The translations under genes and the position numbers were made by a program. The notes under the pieces are model-generated. The model had not been told where the DNA came from, searched no databases, and saw only the letters and a program-made list of their open reading frames with translations. From a bacterium (lineage in GTDB: Bacteria > Cyanobacteriota > Vampirovibrionia > Gastranaerophilales > JAILCC01): a stretch of DNA of 64,000 nt. Positions 51,803 through 60,095 of this stretch are shown here, one piece after another. How positions within the stretch are numbered: the stretch's first letter is position 1; each line of letters starts with the position of its first letter. Where the stretch lies: positions 4,052 to 68,051 of the forward strand of contig JAILCC010000003.1 of the NCBI GenBank assembly GCA_024680555.1, written 5' to 3'.

Positions 51803-52169
51803 TGATATTACATTAAAGAAAACAGCTAGAGAGGCTGTCGGTAAACTTTTTTATTCTCTAATTGGTGGTGCTGTTACTTCAAGAGATGCAATAAAGTATT
51901 TTCCGAGAAATGTAGAGGATACTTCTATCAAGATAGCTTGGCATGCCTTGTTTCATTATGATGCTGACGAAGAAATGCGGCAGCAGGATTTTGAATATGC
52001 TCAAGAGCAAATAAAATATATGGAGTTTCTTGCTTCAATTCTTTCTGGGGGGGGAGAATTACCTCAAAATATTCTTGATGAGTATGAGGAATTGTATAAG
52101 GATACCGTTTTGCCCAAAAGGTATAATTGGTGGGGAAATTTACGCTCTGTTATGAGGTTTTTGGACTAA
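51789..52169 (+). CDS. Hypothetical soluble protein (126 aa) overlapping the repressor gene's 3' end
   Basis: The ORF overlaps the BlaI-like gene by 14 nt and has no TM segments. It contains AWHALFHYDADEE and an acidic helical C-terminus. No family was recognised. Confidence 0.5.
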   Translation: MSKASDITLKKTAREAVGKLFYSLIGGAVTSRDAIKYFPRNVEDTSIKIAWHALFHYDADEEMRQQDFEYAQEQIKYMEFLASILSGGGELPQNILDEYEELYKDTVLPKRYNWWGNLRSVMRFLD

Positions 52170-52210
52170 ATACTTCATTTTTTTAAAAGTTTATGATATT
52201 CTGAAAGTAC

Positions 52211-52281
52211 GGCGGCATGGCCAAGTGGTAAGGCAGGAGCCTGCAAAGCTTTCACCCCCAGTTCGAATCTGGGTGCCGCCT
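52211..52281 (+). tRNA. tRNA-Cys (anticodon GCA)
   Basis: GGCGGCATGGCCAAGTGGTAAGGCAGGAGCCTGCAAAGCTTTCACCCCCAGTTCGAATCTGGGTGCCGCCT. It has acceptor stem GGCGGCA/TGCCGCC, anticodon loop CTGCAAA, T-loop GTTCGAATC and discriminator U. Confidence 0.9.
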
Positions 52282-52303
52282 TTTATTTTTAGACATATAT
52301 TTT

Positions 52304-52327
52304 ACAGCCTTTTTAGGCTGTTTTTTC
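52304..52327 (+). terminator. Intrinsic terminator after tRNA-Cys
   Basis: Stem acagcct/aggctgt with loop tttt, followed by a T-run. Confidence 0.7.
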
Positions 52328-52938
52328 TTATGTGTAAAAACGGATTTTTACACAAAAAATAAAGGGCTGACACATGGTCAACCCCTCTCCCCATATTTCC
52401 CAAAAAAAACTTCAAATAATTCCCAAATCTTGTGAGCCCCTTTGTTGGATTTTATGATAAATTTATTGCGCAAATTTTCCCAACAAAACTACCCTGATGA
52501 CCAGGTAAATTCTCCTTTGTAAATGCTCACTTATATCCATTAGAAGCTGATTTTCAGCTCTCAATTACTTATCAAATTTGTTGATATTATAGTAGTACAA
52601 AAGCAAGTAAAATATCAAATTTTTAATCTTTATTTTTACATTGTTTTTATAATAAATGCCCGAAACTCTTTTATAGCTTGAAAAAATTGTGAAAATTAAA
52701 ATTTTACAATTGAAAGGTAAAATTTTGTTAAAAAACTATTGAAATCCTTGTTGCATGGCAATTATACCGATGTTTAAAAAAACATTCATCACTCTGTTTT
52801 TTAAGCAATATTCCATGCTTCTTGCGCTGAAAGATTTGATTTTATAAAGATTTTTTAAAATAATTTCCGATTTAATGGCAATTTTTTTTCACAAATATAC
52901 TTTATATATATACAAGTAATAATATTTGGAGAAGAGAG

Positions 52939-53532
52939 ATGACAGTAACAGCTAATTTCGGTTTGCTTAGCGGCACGGGTTCACAAGCTTTGCAAAGTTT
53001 TTATGCTTCAAGTACTAACAGAAAAGTATTAAATGGAATAAGCGGCGGTTTTTGCTCAAGCAGAATTTTTTCTAATTCAAGCGGTTTGGGCTCTACTGCT
53101 CAATTGGCATCTGCTACTCAATTAACAGGCAGCATTCCGGGACGTGTATCCAGCGTATATTCAGGCGCAGGTTTTGGCTCGTCATTGGTTGGCAATTATT
53201 ATAACAGTATCAGCAGCGTTGTTGTAGGACAACAAGCTCCGACATCAGTATTTGAACAAAGATTGGCATACGCTTTCGGTAATTCTAATCCGACAGCTTC
53301 AGTAGATTATCCTACAGGTAATTACTCAAATCTGTTCTCAAGTTCAGCAACCGGTTCGAGTTCTTCATCATCGACTAAATCAAGTTCTTCGTCATCAACA
53401 AAAACGGGAACTTCGTATGACGTATTCTCAACCACATCAACCACATCAACCACATCCAACTACGATTACAGTAAGGCATCAACCGCATCATCAGTTTCGT
53501 CGTTGATTTCAGCACTTAGTGTAATGGGCTAG
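52939..53532 (+). CDS. Ser/Thr/Gly-rich low-complexity hypothetical protein (197 aa)
   Basis: ggagaagagag lies before the ATG. The composition is dominated by S/T/G, with tracts SSSSSSTKSSSSSSTK and STTSTTSTTS. There is no Sec signal. The N-terminus MTVTANFGLLSG resembles that of the giant protein (MTVEKIGFNPKASG). Confidence 0.5.
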   Translation: MTVTANFGLLSGTGSQALQSFYASSTNRKVLNGISGGFCSSRIFSNSSGLGSTAQLASATQLTGSIPGRVSSVYSGAGFGSSLVGNYYNSISSVVVGQQAPTSVFEQRLAYAFGNSNPTASVDYPTGNYSNLFSSSATGSSSSSSTKSSSSSSTKTGTSYDVFSTTSTTSTTSNYDYSKASTASSVSSLISALSVMG

Positions 53533-54379
53533 AACAAACTTCTTTAATTGCGAGAGGAATGTAATCTAACAAGTCAGATGCGAGCATTGAGTATTCGGAA
53601 TATTCGTCCGTATATACCTGCGAAGATATACCATGCAAGTACACGGAAAGAATAGCTGCATCTCTTACTGAAACATTTTGCGCCAAAAATCCGCCAATCA
53701 TGCCGGCAAGAACATCACCTGTTCCTGCTTTTGACAGTGCTGATGTACCCGTTCGGTTTTTGTATATGTGCTCATTATCGGCGATTAGTGTGTTATATCC
53801 TTTTAATATTATTGTTACCTTAAATTGTTCTTGGGCTTTTCTTATATAATTTTCTCTGTCTTCTTGAATTACATCGGCTTCTGTGTATAATAATCTTGCT
53901 AATTCTGCGGGATGCGGGGTAAGGATAAAGTTTTTGTTTAACTCAACTCCAATTTTGGCAAGGCAATTTATGCCGTCTGCATCAACCACTGTCGGAATCT
54001 CTGTTGTTTTCAGATATTCAATAAGTTTGCCGGTGAAATCGGTTGTTGTTGAGTCTACACCTATTCCGCAGCCAAATACAATAGAATCGATTTTTTGTTC
54101 TTCTATATATGCTTTAACGATTTCAAAATCAAAGTTTTTGTGTGATTTGTAAATTACATCACAAGATACTGAGCGTGAAGCGTTTATGGAATATTCGTCG
54201 CTGCATAAGATACTGTAACCTGCGCCCACTTTCAGTGCTGCTAACGCTGAAAGCATGCCTGCTCCAGTATAATTTTTTGAACCTGTAATATTTAAAACTT
54301 TTCCGTAATCGCCTTTGTTTGAATCTTTAAATCTTTTGGGCATTATGGATATTATTAAATTTTCATCAACTTCTATCAT
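53516..54379 (-). CDS. nnrD: ADP-dependent NAD(P)H-hydrate dehydratase
   Basis: KGDYGKVLNITGS...GAGMLSALAALKVGAG and the C-terminal GTGDVLAGMIGGFLAQ motif. Confidence 0.9.
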   Translation of the reverse strand: MIEVDENLIISIMPKRFKDSNKGDYGKVLNITGSKNYTGAGMLSALAALKVGAGYSILCSDEYSINASRSVSCDVIYKSHKNFDFEIVKAYIEEQKIDSIVFGCGIGVDSTTTDFTGKLIEYLKTTEIPTVVDADGINCLAKIGVELNKNFILTPHPAELARLLYTEADVIQEDRENYIRKAQEQFKVTIILKGYNTLIADNEHIYKNRTGTSALSKAGTGDVLAGMIGGFLAQNVSVRDAAILSVYLHGISSQVYTDEYSEYSMLASDLLDYIPLAIKEVCSSPLH

Positions 54380-55053
54380 AATTTTAATCCCTGATTTAGC
54401 TCTGCTTCAAAATCCGATTTTAGCTGCTCCATGAAATCGTAAATATTAAAATTGTTCTTTATATCATTTAAGCCTATTATGTGAGAAAAATCAACTTTTC
54501 CCATGAAAATTTCCGATAAAAGCTCCCTGTTAAAGGAAAACGGGATTGAACCGTGTTGCAAAATATGAGTGTTTTTTCTATATTGTGCTGAGCCAATAAA
54601 TTTTTTGCCATCATACATTATATCACATATTGTTGATAAATTCATGCAGTAACCTGCTCCGATATTGGATTTTGTTTTTTCTCCGTATGACGCATTTATC
54701 CCAAAATGTGCGAGAGATTTTAATATTGTTGAAGAAATTTCTTTGTAATCTTCTATAACATTGTTACCGTTTTTTAATATTTTTTTGTTGCACACAATTG
54801 AATATGTAATTTCATTGTCATGAAGAAGTGCTCTGCCGCCAGTTACACGTCTAACTATCGGAATATTGTTTTGTGCGCAGAATTGCTCGTTTATACCTAG
54901 GATTTTTTGATTTCTTCCCAATGTTACAGATGGTTTATCCCAACCATAAAAACGCAACGCAATGTCTATCCCCTCGTTTTCACACTTTTCAAGGAGTTTT
55001 TCGTCAAATTCCATATTGTATTTTGCGTTATGTATTTCGTATGGGATAAACAT
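54376..55053 (-). CDS. Lipoate/octanoate protein ligase family protein (BPL/LplA/LipB fold)
   Basis: RRVTGGRALLHDNEITYSIV and GKKFIGSAQYR (catalytic Lys region). At 225 aa it lacks a C-terminal accessory domain. Confidence 0.75.
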   Translation of the reverse strand: MFIPYEIHNAKYNMEFDEKLLEKCENEGIDIALRFYGWDKPSVTLGRNQKILGINEQFCAQNNIPIVRRVTGGRALLHDNEITYSIVCNKKILKNGNNVIEDYKEISSTILKSLAHFGINASYGEKTKSNIGAGYCMNLSTICDIMYDGKKFIGSAQYRKNTHILQHGSIPFSFNRELLSEIFMGKVDFSHIIGLNDIKNNFNIYDFMEQLKSDFEAELNQGLKL

Positions 55054-55122
55054 AATTAAATTCTAACACGATTAAATATATTTGTGCTAAAATATACCCA
55101 TAGACAAAATAGAGAGGTTATT

Positions 55123-56790
55123 ATGAACGAAATTTCAGCATTACAAAAAGTCAGAGCTTCTTATCAGCCCAAACTTCCCGCAGTATTATTGAACGGTATC
55201 AATAATGTTTCTGCTAGCGAAGGCGCACCGACTGAAGCGGTAAGAGATAAAGAAAGCATAAAAGAGCTTTTCAAAAATTTGTACGGAATGCCTGTTGTAA
55301 CATTTGAGGCAGGCAGTACAAAATCGTCTGCGGTTAGGAATGTCGGAGTTATTCTTTCAGGTGGTCAGGCTCCCGGCGGACACAATGTTATTGCCGGATT
55401 GTTTGATGGTCTTAAAAATGCAAATCCCGAAAATAAACTATATGGCTTTTTAGGCGGTCCGTCAGGTATTATTGACGGCAAATATATAGAATTGACGTCT
55501 GATATTATTGATGCTTACAGAAATACCGGCGGTTTTGATATTATCGGCTCAGGTCGTACAAAATTGGAAACACCTGAACAATTCCAAAAGTCACTTGATG
55601 TTTGTAAATCTTTAAATGTTTCGGCGATTGTTATTATTGGCGGTGATGATTCTAATACAAACGCTGCCCTCCTTGCTGAATGGATGAAAGACAGAAACAC
55701 AGGTATCCAAGTCATTGGCTGCCCGAAAACTATTGACGGTGATTTAAAGAATGAACAAATAGAAATTTCTTTCGGTTTTGATACTGCAACAAAAACTTAT
55801 GCCGAACTTATCGGTAATATTCAAAGAGATGCCAATTCGGCAAAGAAATACTGGCACTTTATTAAATTGATGGGAAGAAGCGCTACTCACGTTGGTTTGG
55901 AATGCGCTTTGCGCACAAGACCAAATATCGCATTGATTTCTGAAGAAGTTGAGGCAAATAACTGGTCACTAAAATACATTACCGATTACATGACAGATAT
56001 TATTGTAAAAAGAGCAAATGCAGGTAAAAACTTTGGTGTTGCTCTTATTCCTGAAGGTTTGATTGAATTTATTCCTGAAATCAAAGCTATGATTGCAAAC
56101 TTGAATGATATTCTTGCAAAAGCTGATGGCTTTGACAACTGGGCAATAGAAGAAAAAATGTCTTATGTTTCAACAAATCTTGAAAAAGCTAATGCGGAAG
56201 TATTTAATTCACTTCCTTCAATCATTAAAAGCCAATTGCTGATGGACAGAGATCCGCACGGTAACGTTCAGGTTTCAAGAATTGAAACAGAAAAACTTTT
56301 AATAGAAATGATTGAACAAAAATTAAAAGGCTTAAAAGCTGAAGGTACCTACAAAGGTAAATTTTCATCTCAGGCTCACTTCTTCGGATATGAAGGAAGA
56401 TGTGCTGCTCCGTCAAATTTTGATGCGGATTATTGCTATAGTTTGGGATACAATGCGGTTGCGCTTATTGAGAATGGCTTGACAGGATATCTTTCATCAG
56501 TAAGAAATCTTTCCAAACCTGCTTCCGAATGGATTGCAGGCGGCGTTCCTCTCACAATGATGATGAATATGGAAAAACGTCACGGCGAAATGAAACCGGT
56601 TATTCAAAAAGCACTTGTAAAATTGGATGGTCCTGTATTTAAAGAGTTAAAAGACAACAGAGAAAAATGGGCTCTTGAAGAATGTTATCTTTTCCCGGGT
56701 GCAATTCAGTATTTTGGACCATCTGAAGTGTGTGATATAACAACAAGAACTCTGTATCTTGAACAAAATTCCAAACTGGTTACAAAATAA
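55123..56790 (+). CDS. pfp: Pyrophosphate--fructose-6-phosphate 1-phosphotransferase (PPi-dependent PFK, long form)
   Basis: [41 protein letters not shown] and MGRSATHV motifs. The start is set at ATG 55123, preceded by agagagg; the track uses GTG 55084. Confidence 0.9.
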   Translation: MNEISALQKVRASYQPKLPAVLLNGINNVSASEGAPTEAVRDKESIKELFKNLYGMPVVTFEAGSTKSSAVRNVGVILSGGQAPGGHNVIAGLFDGLKNANPENKLYGFLGGPSGIIDGKYIELTSDIIDAYRNTGGFDIIGSGRTKLETPEQFQKSLDVCKSLNVSAIVIIGGDDSNTNAALLAEWMKDRNTGIQVIGCPKTIDGDLKNEQIEISFGFDTATKTYAELIGNIQRDANSAKKYWHFIKLMGRSATHVGLECALRTRPNIALISEEVEANNWSLKYITDYMTDIIVKRANAGKNFGVALIPEGLIEFIPEIKAMIANLNDILAKADGFDNWAIEEKMSYVSTNLEKANAEVFNSLPSIIKSQLLMDRDPHGNVQVSRIETEKLLIEMIEQKLKGLKAEGTYKGKFSSQAHFFGYEGRCAAPSNFDADYCYSLGYNAVALIENGLTGYLSSVRNLSKPASEWIAGGVPLTMMMNMEKRHGEMKPVIQKALVKLDGPVFKELKDNREKWALEECYLFPGAIQYFGPSEVCDITTRTLYLEQNSKLVTK

Positions 56791-56802
56791 TGTTTTCAGT
56801 TT

Positions 56803-56833
56803 AAAAAAAGAAGCCCGAGTGGGCTTCTTTTTT
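56803..56833. terminator. Bidirectional intrinsic terminator between pfp (+) and the small repeat-protein gene (-)
   Basis: Stem gaagccc/gggcttc with loop gagt, flanked by an A-run and a T-run. Confidence 0.8.
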
Positions 56834-57161
56834 ATTTCTGTTTAACACCATCTTTATATGTCTTGTTTTTATATGTTCCGGTGTACAATTCACCGTTGAC
56901 GTATAATTTGCCTTTATATTTTCCTGTTGCGAGAACACCCTTTTTGTAATATTTGTCATTAGACAGTCCGGTAAGTAACTTTCCGTTTTTGTATAATTTG
57001 CCGTTTACTTCCCCTTCTGCAAGTACACCGTTTGTATATGTTTTGCCAAGGCGTTTGCCGTTAAGTTTTTCGCCTTTTTTGTATCTGATGCCGCCTGTTA
57101 CTTCACTGAAAAGTTTCCCTTTTTTGTATATTTTGCCCTCAAATTTACCGGTGTATTTCAT
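56832..57161 (-). CDS. Small Lys/Gly/Tyr repeat protein (MORN-like or cell-wall-binding-like repeats)
   Basis: 109 aa made almost entirely of units such as GKLYKNGKLLTG, KYYKKGVLATG and GKLYVNGELYTG. Confidence 0.55.
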   Translation of the reverse strand: MKYTGKFEGKIYKKGKLFSEVTGGIRYKKGEKLNGKRLGKTYTNGVLAEGEVNGKLYKNGKLLTGLSNDKYYKKGVLATGKYKGKLYVNGELYTGTYKNKTYKDGVKQK

Positions 57162-57186
57162 ATTGTTTCTGTAAAGCTTTTTACAT

Positions 57187-57210
57187 AAAAAAAGAAGCCT
57201 TTAGGCTTCC
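57187..57210 (-). terminator. Intrinsic terminator downstream of ORF 57235-57720
   Basis: On the minus strand: stem gaagcc/ggcttc with a 3-nt loop, followed by ttttttt. Confidence 0.65.
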
Positions 57211-57234
57211 TTATATGGTAACAGTTTGTCGTTT

Positions 57235-57720
57235 TTATAATAAATCGCGTCTTACTTTTTGTGTTAACTCCATTTCTTTTTCGGGGGTAGAAAAAACTTT
57301 GTGTTCTAAAAAGTGCCTGTAGCTTTGTAATCTGCTTGCCATTTCTTTTATTTGTTCCAGTTCAATTTTTGAATTTACGGATAACAAGCCGTTTTTGACC
57401 AAAGAAACATCTGCTTCTCCGTATCTTTCAAGGAATACTCCAGCCCGGTGAATAGGAATTTTAAATACCGGAATGCCGTTTATATCCCTTATTATTTCAA
57501 ATTTGCAATTGGGTTTTACTTTTATTGTTCCTTCGGGGAAAAGAGTTTTTATGACTTGGGCACTGTTTTTTAATTCTTCGTATTCATCAAACCGTTTGCT
57601 TCTTTGCAAATATTTTCCGTAGGCAATCACCTTGCTTTCAAGGTCTCTGGAAAATTTTGCGCCAAAAGCAGTATTGTTAATTGAATTTACTTGCATATAC
57701 ATGTCCTCTAATACAGGCAT
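57235..57720 (-). CDS. Hypothetical protein (161 aa)
   Basis: ORF with its own terminator and no recognisable motifs. The N-terminus contains NSINNTAFGAKF. ATG codons at residues 7 and 9 are alternative starts. Confidence 0.5.
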   Translation of the reverse strand: MPVLEDMYMQVNSINNTAFGAKFSRDLESKVIAYGKYLQRSKRFDEYEELKNSAQVIKTLFPEGTIKVKPNCKFEIIRDINGIPVFKIPIHRAGVFLERYGEADVSLVKNGLLSVNSKIELEQIKEMASRLQSYRHFLEHKVFSTPEKEMELTQKVRRDLL

Positions 57721-57754
57721 GTATATAAATGAGAAAAATTTTTAAATTTGTCAT

Positions 57755-58408
57755 TTAAAAGTTTAATGTTAATTGCTTTTCATTTTCTCGTTCAAAAATC
57801 TTTTTCAAAAAGCTTTGTCTGTGAATGGGTGTTGTACCGTATTTTAAGATAGCTTCAATGTGTTTTGGAGTTCCGTACCCTTTGTTGTTAACAAAATCGT
57901 ATTCGGGGTATTCAAGAGCATATTTTTTCATTATTCTGTCCCTGTATACTTTAGCCAATATGCTTGCAGCTGCAATGCTTGCGCTTTTGCCATCACCTTT
58001 TACTATGGTTCTTTGCAGATATTTAAAGTTCGGGATTTTTCTGTTGCCGTCAACAAAAATCTCTGCGTTTTCCTTTATTTGTTTAATGATATTTTCACAG
58101 GAAACTTTCATTGCCTTGAGCGAGCATCTCAGAATATTTTCTTTTTCGATTTCTTCTACATCTATTACGGTTATTGAATTTATTGAATTTGCTTTTATGA
58201 TATTGAATAAGTATTCACGGTTATTTTCGCTCAGCTGCTTTGAATCGTTAATTAGTTCAAGTGATTTGGCAAGTTCCTTTGTTACGTTTGGAAAGCATAC
58301 CGCAGCTGCAACGACAGGACCGGCAAGAGGTCCTCGTCCTGCTTCATCCGTTCCTATAAGATATTCCGAATTTCTATTTTTCTTGTCAAAGTTGAAAAGT
58401 TTGTTCAT
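57755..58408 (-). CDS. rnhB: Ribonuclease HII
   Basis: IGTDEAGRGPLAGPVVAAAV and DSKQLS motifs. Confidence 0.95.
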   Translation of the reverse strand: MNKLFNFDKKNRNSEYLIGTDEAGRGPLAGPVVAAAVCFPNVTKELAKSLELINDSKQLSENNREYLFNIIKANSINSITVIDVEEIEKENILRCSLKAMKVSCENIIKQIKENAEIFVDGNRKIPNFKYLQRTIVKGDGKSASIAAASILAKVYRDRIMKKYALEYPEYDFVNNKGYGTPKHIEAILKYGTTPIHRQSFLKKIFERENEKQLTLNF

Positions 58409-58410
58409 TT

Positions 58411-59250
58411 TTATTTTGTGAATAAAGTGTCAAGTGTAAATTTTCCGATTTTACCGTGTCTAAAATCGGATAAAACTAACGCTGCGGCACGATTTATGTC
58501 AACTTCGCCGCCCATAATTAAAAGATTTCTTGATTTGCCAATATTTTCAATTGTAAGCTCGATATCATCTTGTAAATTATAATAATTTCTTATTTCATTA
58601 GGATATTTTACTTTCAATAAGTCGACAAGTACTCTTGCTACTTCGATAATGTCATAGGTAGCTTCTCCCACGGAGTTTACCATGGCGAGTTTGTATGCCG
58701 CATCCTGATTTTCGAGTTTCATTGGGATTATACCGGGAGTATCAAGTAACTCAACTCTTGGGTTAATTCTAACCCACTGCTGCTGCCTTGTTATACCTGC
58801 TTTTGCACCTGTTTTTGCTTTTTTCTTGCCAATAAGTTTGTTTATTATGCTTGACTTGCCGACATTGGGAAGTCCAATAATCATTACCCTTACTGGTCTT
58901 GGGAGAAGTCCTTTTGCGGTCAGCTTTGCAATTGTATCTTTGCCCGCTTCAATAACAGCCGAGATTATATTAGAAATATCTTTATTTGAATTTGCGCTTG
59001 TCAAAAGAACTTTAGCATTTTTGTTTAAAAAATCGTTCCATTTTTTGCTTTCAATATTGTCTGCAAGGTCGGATTTGTTCATTACTATTATGTGTGGTTT
59101 TGAACCAATAAGCTTTTCTACCCCTATATATTTGCTAGATAGCGGCAGTCTTGCGTCAATAATTTCCACAACAACGTCAACGAGCGATAGCTTTTCTTTA
59201 AGCTCTCGCTCTGCTTTTGCAATATGTCCGGGATACCAGTTGATAGCCAT
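58411..59250 (-). CDS. rbgA: Ribosome biogenesis GTPase A (YlqF/RbgA)
   Basis: MAINWYPGHIAKAERELKEKL, the circularly permuted GTPase order (NKSDL before GLPNVGKSS), and DTPGI. Confidence 0.9.
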   Translation of the reverse strand: MAINWYPGHIAKAERELKEKLSLVDVVVEIIDARLPLSSKYIGVEKLIGSKPHIIVMNKSDLADNIESKKWNDFLNKNAKVLLTSANSNKDISNIISAVIEAGKDTIAKLTAKGLLPRPVRVMIIGLPNVGKSSIINKLIGKKKAKTGAKAGITRQQQWVRINPRVELLDTPGIIPMKLENQDAAYKLAMVNSVGEATYDIIEVARVLVDLLKVKYPNEIRNYYNLQDDIELTIENIGKSRNLLIMGGEVDINRAAALVLSDFRHGKIGKFTLDTLFTK

Positions 59251-59253
59251 AGA

Positions 59254-59610
59254 CTATTTTGCAGAAGTGATTTTTTCTTTGATACGTGTAGCCTTACCTG
59301 TTCTTTCTCTAAGGTAATAGAGTTTTGCTCTTCTAACGTCACCCTTGCGGAGAACTTTTATGCTTTCTACACGAGGTGAGTGAATAGGGAATACACGTTC
59401 AACACCAATACCTTGGAATACTTTTCTGACTGTAATCATTTTTCTTGCGCCTGCACCTGTCTTTTTAAGTACAACGCCTTCAAATGCTTGAAGTCTTTCT
59501 TTGTTTCCTTCAACGATTCTTACGTTAACTTTAACTGTATCGCCTACGTTGATCTCAGGCATATCTGATTTTAAGTATTCATTTTCAATTGATTTAATAA
59601 TTTCGTTCAT
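59254..59610 (-). CDS. rplS: 50S ribosomal protein L19
   Basis: [33 protein letters not shown]...ITVRK...[11 protein letters not shown]. Confidence 0.95.
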   Translation of the reverse strand: MNEIIKSIENEYLKSDMPEINVGDTVKVNVRIVEGNKERLQAFEGVVLKKTGAGARKMITVRKVFQGIGVERVFPIHSPRVESIKVLRKGDVRRAKLYYLRERTGKATRIKEKITSAK

Positions 59611-59729
59611 TTTAATGCGTCCTTCTATCCTTTATAATATGTAAAATTATGATAATTCAAACAAAATTCAAACGCAAGAGCTATGTTTTTGTTTTATAAT
59701 ATTTTAGCTAGATAAATGGAATTTTAATT

Positions 59730-60095
59730 ATGAAAATATCTTTACTTTCAAAAAATACTGCTTTTAAACAGTATATAGTAATCGGAAAAGACAGTGATAA
59801 TTATAAAACAATCCTAAAACCCTATGACAAGATATTAAACAGGATAACAGACGGATTTGATGTTGTTATTCGTGAAGAAAAAGGTCCGTTTCATGTTTAC
59901 GATGATTTGATGGATGAATACCATAATATATATGATATTCCTGTTGTATCGATAAAGCCGGACGGAAATGCACGCAGAATTATTACTGAGCTAAAGATGT
60001 ACGTATACCCCGGTGCGGGAGAAATGCAGACTAAAGGCGCACAAGCTCGGGAAATGGTAAGAGTTATCAAAAAGGGAATATCAATATATGCCTAG
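59730..60095 (+). CDS. Hypothetical protein (121 aa)
   Basis: ORF with no recognised motif. The N-terminus contains KNTAFKQ. Its 3' end overlaps the convergent activase gene by 4 nt. Confidence 0.45.
   Translation: MKISLLSKNTAFKQYIVIGKDSDNYKTILKPYDKILNRITDGFDVVIREEKGPFHVYDDLMDEYHNIYDIPVVSIKPDGNARRIITELKMYVYPGAGEMQTKGAQAREMVRVIKKGISIYA

Noticed and set aside
52755-52847. 30-aa hydrophobic mini-ORF (MAIIPMFKKTFITLFFKQYSMLLALKDLIL) in the long spacer after tRNA-Cys
   Set aside because: It has no Shine-Dalgarno-like sequence upstream, and in AT-rich non-coding DNA such an ORF is expected by chance. It could only be supported by Ribo-seq or conservation.
57825-59317. Long plus-strand ORFs 57825-58421 (198 aa) and 58826-59317 (163 aa)
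   Set aside because: They are antisense to rnhB and rbgA, which carry unambiguous catalytic motifs. The plus-strand translations are hydrophobic and low-complexity without motifs.
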